From contig NC_069005.1 of the NCBI RefSeq assembly GCF_001194135.2, forward strand, positions 32,891,573-32,955,572: a DNA stretch of 64,000 nucleotides, read 5' to 3'. This document shows positions 1 to 10,600 of the stretch, one piece after another. Under the pieces are notes generated by a model, which was given only the letters and a program-made list of their open reading frames with translations, searched no databases and had not been told where the DNA came from. The position numbers were made by a program, and so were the translations under genes. The number at the start of each line of letters is the position of its first letter. Position 1 is the first letter of the stretch. The stretch is from Octopus bimaculoides (taxonomy: Eukaryota).

Positions 1-114
1 TACAAAGTAGGAAACACCTAAGTTTACTTCAATGGAAAATAACCTCAGGGCTTCTTAATATAGAACTGAGAGGGGAGAAAATATTATTATACACACCCAC
101 ACAAAGACATAATA

Positions 115-168
<54 letters not shown>

Positions 169-746
169 TATATATGCATGATATACATATAGCGTACATA
201 CACACTCACATATTATGACCACTCAGAGTTTCTGACTTCTGAACACTGAACAACTGACCATTTTGTAATGGAACTATAGTCGGCCTTAATAAAAATAATG
301 TGAATGTATGCGTGCGTATGCACATGTGTATACACATATTATACAGAGACGCACACATACATACACACACTGGTTCTTGGAAGTCTGTAGCAGGAATGGT
401 AAAGGAGTATTTAATATTATTTGAAGTTATTGCATAGCCAGGTATGGTAGAGAGGTTTTCTACTTTCTTTGGTTTCAACAGAGGACAACGCTGACACTGG
501 CAGATGCAAACTTGTAGCCTTAAACTTCTCATCTTCTCATATGAAACATTTACACAGGAAAATATACAAACTGTTCCGTTATATTGGAGCTGACTGATTC
601 CAAGACTAGAAGGGAGGTTAATTCAATGTTATATTGTTAGATAAAATAGCCACATTTTGACAGAATTGACCAAAAACTAAAGAAAAAATAACTATATAAA
701 GAAAAATAAATAAAACAAAAATAGTTTGGTTGTTTTTTTTTCAATA

Positions 747-752
747 TTTATT
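747..752 (-). promoter_or_regulatory. Candidate distal polyadenylation signal AATAAA with U-rich downstream element
   Basis: Plus tttatt; the plus A-rich run at ~680-720 gives a U-rich tract just downstream on the minus strand. Confidence 0.3.
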
Positions 753-2931
753 TTTAATGTTGAAATTTAGTTATTCAAGTCTTTTAAACAATATAAATTA
801 AAACTGAACTCTAGCAGTGAGAAAATTTAAATGTTTAAACTCATAATCTTATGGTAGCTATTGGTTGTTTTGTTTTGTTTTGTTTCAAGGTTTTTATGTT
901 CGTCCATTCTCTCAACTTTCAAAATATTAAGTATTAAAGAATCAAAAATGAAGTGGTTTAGTCTGTGTATGTAGTCACACACACACACACACATTACCTA
1001 TATATGTGTGTATTCACAGACACACATTCGTACCCTCTCACACATACACACAACCTACATATATGTATGCCTTATAAACAACAAGAGGATATTTGAAACT
1101 CTTTTAAATAAAGAGAGGCACATAAGTTAGGTTTTGAGGTTTCTTAAAAAATAACTTTTTCTCCATCTTGTAAAATGGAAGAGGGGAGGGGTTCTTCTTT
1201 ACATTTAATCTTCCGTAAGTAAATTTGTCCACAGCCAACCCTGATATCTAAACAGAAATTTGTCAAATATGAAGGCACTCGATAATTACAACCTATCACC
1301 TCTCTCACTCTCTCACTCGTTCACTCAGTGCTATATTAATGTCAGTTCTGAGTCTGATATTTGTGTTGGAGTGGGGGAGGGGAGAACTAAGAATCGCCCA
1401 CCTTTTTTTTGCCATTATATTCATTTCCAAGTATTCTAAGAAACAAAAAAAAAATTCCTCAGGTTTGTTGAAACCTACAACAAGCATTCAGTTGTGGTTC
1501 AGGTTTATTATGTTCCCGCTAATTTAAGGATGTAGAATGTGGAGTAACAGTACAAGGGATAAAACAATAGCCCCTTTCATCAGTAAAATCTCTCTGCTGG
1601 CCCACTACAAATCTCAAAGTTCCTGATACCATTTTTCGCGTTACTATGATAGCAATCCAAAACTAACTGCACACACAAGTGCAGCTGTTTTCTTACTAAA
1701 TGCATTCTGAGTGTTCACTCACACTCAGAACAAAATATCTCAACAAAACATGAAGCTATTCAATAATTCTGTGGCCCTGTTGGATAAACTACAAGAATAT
1801 GGTCTCTATGGAATGCAACTACGAGCTTACATATACAAAATAGGGTCAGTTTGTATATTAAAAAAATGAATTCAGTAAAAATTTATGCAAGAGAATATTT
1901 GCCACAATGGAAGTTGGGAAATGTTACAGCAGTTTTAAATTCCTGTTTGTATTGTGTAAAATAACATAAAATTGCCAACACACAATGAATACTGAGTGAC
2001 TGAGGAGTGAGTGAGCAGAGCAGAGGTGACTGAGCTTTTAGTTCAGACACAGCATTTTAATATCAAGCAAAGAGGGCAGTGTTTTAATCTTCCTTGTCAT
2101 CGGACCCATCGTGGAACAAACCCAGGATGGGTGTAGGATTTCTTTAAGAAAGTCAAAAAAGTAAATGTGATCCAACCAGCTAATTGTTATAGTTATTCCT
2201 CATCAAGTTTAATCATGTTGAAATGCAAACAGCATGATGTTTTCATGTCGTGTTAGTCATATATCCATGCTGATGGTTGCTGACGGAGAATAAGTAATGG
2301 TTGTGGTGGGGGAATGGAATGACTTGTGTGCTTCCAAGAGAAGGATAAAGAAAGGAACAGGTTTTAACAACAAGAAGGCATAATGATATTGTTACCCTCT
2401 TAACTTTGCCTCTATACTGTTGTCCTCTATACTGTGCGATATTGTTGCCCAGTTTAGGTTTGCTTAGCTTTTGAGATGTCCATCACAACTGATAAAATTG
2501 ATATCAAACTTTAGACTAAAGATTTCGTTAAGCCATCAAGGTGAACTACCACAAATAACAGGGGCTGTTGACAGGAGTGCTTATGATCCTTTATCAACGA
2601 GATGACGAGGCAAGAGACAAGGCACAAACAAGTCAGCTGTCACAACAAAACCTTAATCAGTTTTTTTTTTTTTTCAGGGATTTCAAAGAGTAAATACAAG
2701 ATTAGGGTCTGGAAAAATTAAGGAGCAAATATTGTCATATGAAATTTAACCAGCTCTGCTCATAGTTTACACTATCAAAATTTCTTTGTTCTAAAAACTG
2801 GTGATATTTTCCTAGAAACTGATGGGTTATGTGATATGGGTCAATGATTAAAGAACCAAATTGATGTAATTACATTTTTAAAAAATCATAACTGCGCTTC
2901 TTGAAGTAGGATTTACACAATGTTAGGGTTT

Positions 2932-3846
2932 NNNNNNNNNNNNNNNNNNNNNNNNNNNNNNNNNNNNNNNNNNNNNNNNNNNNNNNNNNNNNNNNNNNNN
3001 NNNNNNNNNNNNNNNNNNNNNNNNNNNNNNNNNNNNNNNNNNNNNNNNNNNNNNNNNNNNNNNNNNNNNNNNNNNNNNNNNNNNNNNNNNNNNNNNNNNN
3101 NNNNNNNNNNNNNNNNNNNNNNNNNNNNNNNNNNNNNNNNNNNNNNNNNNNNNNNNNNNNNNNNNNNNNNNNNNNNNNNNNNNNNNNNNNNNNNNNNNNN
3201 NNNNNNNNNNNNNNNNNNNNNNNNNNNNNNNNNNNNNNNNNNNNNNNNNNNNNNNNNNNNNNNNNNNNNNNNNNNNNNNNNNNNNNNNNNNNNNNNNNNN
3301 NNNNNNNNNNNNNNNNNNNNNNNNNNNNNNNNNNNNNNNNNNNNNNNNNNNNNNNNNNNNNNNNNNNNNNNNNNNNNNNNNNNNNNNNNNNNNNNNNNNN
3401 NNNNNNNNNNNNNNNNNNNNNNNNNNNNNNNNNNNNNNNNNNNNNNNNNNNNNNNNNNNNNNNNNNNNNNNNNNNNNNNNNNNNNNNNNNNNNNNNNNNN
3501 NNNNNNNNNNNNNNNNNNNNNNNNNNNNNNNNNNNNNNNNNNNNNNNNNNNNNNNNNNNNNNNNNNNNNNNNNNNNNNNNNNNNNNNNNNNNNNNNNNNN
3601 NNNNNNNNNNNNNNNNNNNNNNNNNNNNNNNNNNNNNNNNNNNNNNNNNNNNNNNNNNNNNNNNNNNNNNNNNNNNNNNNNNNNNNNNNNNNNNNNNNNN
3701 NNNNNNNNNNNNNNNNNNNNNNNNNNNNNNNNNNNNNNNNNNNNNNNNNNNNNNNNNNNNNNNNNNNNNNNNNNNNNNNNNNNNNNNNNNNNNNNNNNNN
3801 NNNNNNNNNNNNNNNNNNNNNNNNNNNNNNNNNNNNNNNNNNNNNN
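2932..3846. other. Assembly gap (N run)
   Basis: N run. Other gaps: 31055-31319, 48826-48905, 51642-51724, 54405-55239, 59456-59762; four of the six abut (TA)n tracts. Confidence 0.99.
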
Positions 3847-3883
<37 letters not shown>

Positions 3884-4438
3884 TATATATAAGACACACA
3901 CACACACACACATACATACACACGTGCGTGCACAGACACACACATACATACAGGTGGCTTGTGTATTCCTGCTAAAACTTCAGACACAACCGGGCATGAA
4001 GCAAAATGGAAAGTAGGAGGAAAAAAATTGTTAGTAATTGTTTTCTTTTTAAAAAGAGGAGATGAGATGTTGGAATTGAGGGGAGGGGCAGAAACAATAT
4101 ATATATATTTTTTTTCCTTTTAAAAAATGAAAGATTGTAATATGAAAGAAATATTTGTACACATTTACAGATCAACTGTTGCAGGTGCTGTCACTAAGTT
4201 ACCACATTGCACAATTGGCAGGGGGAGGAGAGAACAAGACAAACTTAAGAATTCACTAGCAACAGATACCCACTTAAAAACATACCAACAACTGGAATCG
4301 TTGTGTTGGTAAGGTACTGTTGCTTTCCCTTTCTAGCGGCTCTGTCTATTATATAATAATAATAATATTAATAATAATAACAATAATGTTTTCGAGGGAT
4401 CGGGAAATTTCAGTGTAAAACTGCTGCTCGTTTGAGTA

Positions 4439-4444
4439 TTTATT
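4439..4444 (-). promoter_or_regulatory. Candidate proximal polyadenylation signal AATAAA
   Basis: Plus-strand tttatt 95 nt downstream of the MED13 stop. Confidence 0.4.
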
Positions 4445-4538
4445 CTTAGCCGTCTTGGATTCTGCTCAAAGTAGCTTGTCTTCAGAGTTTCTTCATCTTC
4501 TTCTTACGCCGCTTCTTCCTCCTCCTGCCGATACTATG

Positions 4539-4671
4539 TCATACAAATGCATTAACTGCATGGTACATCTGCATCAACATAACAAAGTGCACAGGCAAAC
4601 ATGACTGGCGGTCATTTTTTACTGGGTCCATGGTCAACCAGGACAAGGCATTGTAGTTTTCCAAAACAAAT
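4539..4671 (-). CDS. MED13: MED13 terminal coding exon w28: [43 protein letters not shown]
   Basis: tttttctag acceptor; TGA at 4541-4539; matches the MED13 C-terminus [13 protein letters not shown]...DRRSCLPIHF. Confidence 0.97.
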
Positions 4672-7600
4672 CTAGAAAAAAAAAATAACAAAATACAATA
4701 GAATTTTAAATGAGGAAAAAGATAAAAAGAATTAACAATCGAAATAGAAACTTAAAAAAAAAACTTAAAATCAAAGATTCTTTTAAAGCAGAAAATTATA
4801 ATTCTCAATTTATTAAGGCAAGCAAAACGGTAGAAGGAAGCTGTAATTCTTCAGAAATGGTTGGAACTTACCTCAAAACATCACAGGTTAGATTCGAATC
4901 AAGGGGGTGAATGTTTCTACTATGTGTTGACTGAAGGGGAAGAGGATCATCTTGTTTTGATGAACAGTGTGTGTGAAGTGCAGCCTGCAACATAATTAGA
5001 AGCACATTAGCAATCAAGTATTAGGGTCTAATGGAAAACATACCAACAAAAATACTGGAGGGAACAACTAGAAATCCCTAAGTATCAAACCTGAATTTTT
5101 ACAAATACATCTAAAAACTACAGAATTTTAAAATGTCGGTTCAGTGAGTTTAATCTTAATTATGTTAAAATGTAAACAGCAATCAATTTGGAATCGAAGA
5201 TTACTGAAAGAATCCCCTTAAAATTTATCTTCCCATACCAGCTCAGACGTCAAGAGATTACATAAAAAATATTAATTAGTCGTTAACAAAAAAGATATTA
5301 ATTAAACAAAAGTAACAATCAGACCTTCCAATTGTCTGCTTTGGCATGGTTTGTACAGCAGGATGCCTTTCTTAATGCCAACCACTTTACAGAGTTTGGC
5401 GTTAGGAAGGGCATCTATAATGAAGGCATTTGAATTTGCTTTGACCGTGTGAGAAGGACCAGAGATAACAGTGAGAGACTGACCAAGAGAATAACTGACC
5501 TTGAGTATATTTGGACACATGTTTTCAGCCTCAGGACATGCTGACCAGAACCACTTTGGTAGTGGTCCTGTGCTAGCTGTGGACACATAATAGCCCATTG
5601 CCAGAGGTTGTTGCAGCAATGTACCACCTTCCTCTTGAAGATCATTAGATGTGTTAACAGCTCCCTGAAACAGAACACAAGAAAACAAAACAGGTCAACA
5701 TCGAGTAGAAGACAAGACCAAGCTTGATTCTAGCAAGACCATTTAATGATTCTAAACCCACACATGGTACCATCACCATTTATACCACTTCACACCCACA
5801 CATTTTCAGTTTTAAAATTTACTAACAACATGTCAGGACTTCCACTCAACTATCTTTAAAAAGCTTTCACTCATCTATGACAGAGCTTCCACTCAACTAT
5901 GACAGAACTACCACTCAACTGTGACAGAGCTTTCACTCAACTACTTCAAAAATTCCATTCCATCTTCTAAACTTAATGCATAACACTTTGGAAGTAAAAA
6001 AAATTGCAGAGAAACAAGAAAAGGAAAAACTGAGCAATCTTATGTTAAAAGGTTTACTCAGGTGGGGACTGTTGAATAAAGAAATCAAAAAGTCTAGTGA
6101 TAACATGTTTACATCTAAGAGAGTTCCTGACAACACAGACACAGAGGGTAATAAGGAAGAGCAAATACTTACTGCTGATGGGACTCCCATCTTTGAAGGT
6201 GACTGACAGCCCTCATCTCCATGAATAAGAGAACCAGAAGCAGAGTTTTTATCATCGTTCATGGGGTTGATGAAGATGGAGAGAAGATCGTCCATTTCAC
6301 ATCCAATATCATCTCCAATGCCATCTTCTATAGCTGAGGGGAAGAGGGCATCTGTATTAAGGTCCCCTAGGTGGTAGGTAGGATCCATCGAATGCTCTCC
6401 ACGATGGAGTGAGTGGTTACTGGCCTGCAAGGAGACGAAAACAACACAAAATCATTTCATTTCCAAACTTGTGCAACCAAGATAAAAATAATCAAAATAC
6501 TAAAATCTTGTTATGATTAATAAAAAACTAGCCATCTGCTAGACAAGTAGAATTCCAAAATGTCGTCATTTAGGTAGAAATATTAAATTACTTTTAGTCT
6601 CAAAGCAGACACTTAATGCCTTAGCATTCAGATTATTCTGTTAAATTCTTTGAATTAATCAAGCATTATCTCTTGGCTTCATGATTTAGATGATGTGACT
6701 GTTTATATTTAGAATGGCATTGTAGTGAAGGTCCAAGAGGCTGGATCTGGCCGGTTTGATCAGAATATTTGGTAGGATATTTGGATCAAATCAGGCCAGT
6801 TTTTAACCCTTTAGTGTTTAAGCCAGCTATATCTGGCCCAAATATTCTACCTGTTTTAAGTTGAAACCAGCCAGATCTGGTCTCTCACACCTATCCTACA
6901 ATGTCATTCTAAAAGTAAATAATCACACCATTCGAAATCTTGAAGCTACAAGATAATACAAGATTAATCCAAAACAATGCAATTGGAGCCTGGTGTAGCC
7001 ATCTGGTTCACCAGTCCTCAGTCAAATTGTCCAACCCATGCTAGCATGGAAAGCGGATGTTAAACGATGATAATGATGATGATGATGAACATTTGATAAA
7101 GTATCTGAATACTAAAGGGTTAAATTGACTGTAGTACTTATAAGGCAAGGAACAACAATAATGTTAATGCAATTCTTTAAAAAAAAAAAGGGGGTGTAAG
7201 GGTTTTTTTACCTGTGCTGTGGCTGAGGTAGGAAATACCAGGATATGTGTACAAGATGCATCACGTGGAGTTTGTAAGGGACAATTGCTACTCATCTTTT
7301 CTTCAACTTTTACTGAATCAAAAATAATTCTAAAGGAAGACTGGGGCTCCATGGAAACGAGACACGCACTGAGGATGCAAGGTGTCTCACTGCTAGACAT
7401 TATGGAACACTGGGTGCACATATCTCTCATTTGCTGGCTGGCTTTCATCAAGTTTTTCTTACCCAATAATTCAGCCCAGCCTGTTGGAAATAGAAAAAAA
7501 TTAAACCATCATCAAACAAATGTTAATAATTAAGTCTTCTAACCCAAAACACAAAAACAAAATTGTTTTGAGGAAGGATGGGTGGGGGGGATAATAAAAT

Positions 7601-10600
7601 AAATTCATTCTCTAGTATTTTACTGGTGCTCTATCTTATTAAACCAGGCAGGATGAAAGTCAACCATGGCATGATTAAAATCATAAAGTGAGAAGGATAT
7701 AATTAAATTTCACATAGCATTTTGTTTGTCATTCTGCCTCTTGTACTGCTCTAACACCCTCATAACAATAATTATTATAACAGCATACGTCACATCAAGA
7801 ATTACAAGTCGACAATAATGTAGATTAGTATTAGAAATGTAAAATTAAACGTAATATATCAAATTATTACTATAATAGGAAGACTGGGTACCTCAAAAAT
7901 ATAGTACCATAATATTAGAAGAGTAGAGCTGGGTACCTCAATACTCTAGCATACAGTTATATAGCTAAGTACCTCAAGGTTACAATATATTGTTGTATAA
8001 CTGAGTATATCAATACTATAGTAAATAGTTGTATGGCTGTTGTACCTCGATTCTCTAGTATAAAGTAGTACAGTTAGGTACCTCTAGTATAACAGGGTAA
8101 AGGGTAAAGACCCCCTTCAGTCATGAATGACCCTGGGACTGCACCTAGATAGTTACCCTCCGAGGCACAAGACCAGACAAGTTTGTTTATGGAAGACCAG
8201 CAGTCATCCATGCACACCAGCCTACCCTCTCCACACCACCGATGTTATCCAAGGCAAAGGTAAAGGGGCCAATACAGCTTGGCACCAGTGACACCACAAC
8301 TCATGTCTACAACTGAGAAAACAAGAGCTCAGTGAAATAAAGTGTCTTGCTCAAGAACACAACACACACCCTAGTCTGGGAATCAAATTCATGGTCTCAT
8401 GATTGTAAGCCCAATGCTCTAACTACTGAGCCATGAGCCTTCACATGACAGGGTACTAGGTATAAATAAAATCTCTACAACAGTACCAAGCTAAATGCAT
8501 GTATAGAGAGAAAACACATTAAACAGCAACAGGTCTGCAGATTATCCCCTTACCTTTCAATTCCCCATGGCCAAGTCGACCAAATCGTCCAATAACAAGA
8601 CGACATGGTAGAGTTGTCATAGACACAATTCCAACAATGAAAGTCCATAATTTTTGTAAACCGGCCTTCCTTGCTGAAGCCTTTTTCCGTCGATTACTGA
8701 AATTAGAAAAGTGATAATACATTCAGGTAAAAATAATTCATTTTTAAAAAAAGAAATCCATAGATATTTGACAAAGAATATTTTAGAAAGCACAGAGGCG
8801 AGTAAAATGTTGTCCGAGTTCACTAAAAAAACTTACCGGTTGGGTATTTCGATATTTATTATACAAGTCTCTTGCATTTCTCCTCGTTCGTCAGTGCAAG
8901 CGGCCAGTAGCCAACGTTGATCTTCACTCAAGCAGTAGCCACAAAACACAATCGTACTTTTTTCAAGTTTTTCGCCACAAGATTCAGCAAGTGTTGATTG
9001 CTTGTCCTTCACCGGTGCCAGAATGAAAGGTGGGCAATAGAGTCTCATCTGTCCAGCTTTTTCCACCTACAGATATCAAAGTTAAAAGAATTATCACAAT
9101 GCTTTTAAAACAACACTCATGTTAAACATTACAATAAAATATAACGAACCCCTGAAATGTCTATTTTATCAAATATCATTTAGTTACAGTTCTATATTTA
9201 AGGGATAAGGAATTATGTACCTTATTTAGTTACATTTGATGGATATTTGTCCACCCAGGTTCGAAATTTCCCCAAGACACCTGATGAAGGCTGGAGGGTA
9301 TATCAGCCGAAATGTTGTGTTAACAACAAACTAGACGAGGACAAATATCCGTCAAATGTAAAATAATGTAAATCATTTAGTCACAATCAACAGAATTAGA
9401 CCTCGATGTCAATGTTCAGACATTGCACCAAAAACTTTCACAAGATTCCATCACTATCTAACTTGATTAATCAATAAACACACAAACAGACGAGAACAAA
9501 GTTATGATCCTACACATGATAATCCCTGAATTAACACACATCGTGATTAAGATTGTCTAACAAATACATTAAAATGCTAAATAGGACAACAATATTAAAA
9601 AAAGTGAAAGTTAACTCCTAACATAATCAGCTTCCTTAAAAATGCTGCCAACTTACCTCTTTCTGTTTAAGGAAAAGTTCGGCATCAGCAGCAGGCCCAA
9701 AGCCAGTTAACGATCGTCCTAAGACATTATGGGCCAAATTCCAGCGGCAAGTAGTAAAAACTGAGAATGCCAAAGATTTGAGCATCTGATATTGTGAGCC
9801 ACATTCTTTTTGATCTATCACAGCCTCAGAGGGAATAATCTGAAAACAACAAATAAATCTCAATATCAAAAAACACTGACATTATTTTCTTCTTAAATGA
9901 ATTTCTTTAGCATGGAATAATAAAACCACTTCCTACTGAAGTTATTAACAGATTATGTAATTCAAAATGCATTTTCTTAATAAAAACCTGGGTTCAGAGA
10001 TTATAATATATCTAAACATAACACAAATAATATAAGTAGGAAATGAAATGAAATTAATCAACATATACTCACTTGTAGACTAACATGGCTTTGCATATGT
10101 TCTGGCAAGTTTCTCACAATTTCTTGGTAGCAGTGCAGTAACCCAATCGTTCCAAGCCTATTAAGGTGGTCCCACTCCTGACAATAGGTGAAAGGGTCCA
10201 CAATATAAATAACTAGAGCCGGGCACTCTGTGGAACTATCCTCAGATTCTTGTTGCTGTTCATGGATGCCGCCGTCCCGTTGCTGCTGGGAACTGTTGCT
10301 GTCAGCACCACCATCTACATAAACACAAATAATAAATGAATAAAAAGAGTTTACACAGGATGTTAGAGATTTTCAACATGAGGTAGTATGTAGATATATT
10401 TGTAAGCTGGAGGGGATTCTAAGGGGCAACACGTACCTCCAGTTTTATAGCTAAGGGAGAGAAAAAGAAATGTCCCCTTCACTAAGATGCTATTATACAG
10501 CAGGTATCATTCCTTGATTTAATTCTTATCCCAACAACTGGATGAAAGTTATCTAAGATGCATTTTTTGTCCCACTCCAACTCCAAAACATGATTTCACA

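Noticed and set aside
206-532. 108-aa minus-strand ORF downstream of MED13
   Set aside because: No recognisable domain, runs into (CA)/(TG) repeats and has no convincing splice sites.
2870-3987. Long ORFs in the track spanning N runs (also 31004-31486, 54376-55287, 59223-59920)
   Set aside because: Artifacts of translating assembly gaps and (TA)n/(CA)n repeats.
4445-4460. miR-208-like seed string near the stop, given known miR-208a control of mammalian MED13
   Set aside because: Wrong orientation for a target site, and miR-208 is vertebrate-specific.
7884-8090. CRISPR-like repeat-spacer appearance
   Set aside because: Eukaryotic intron with no cas genes; the core is only ~13 nt and the spacers are related to one another, so it is a decayed minisatellite.
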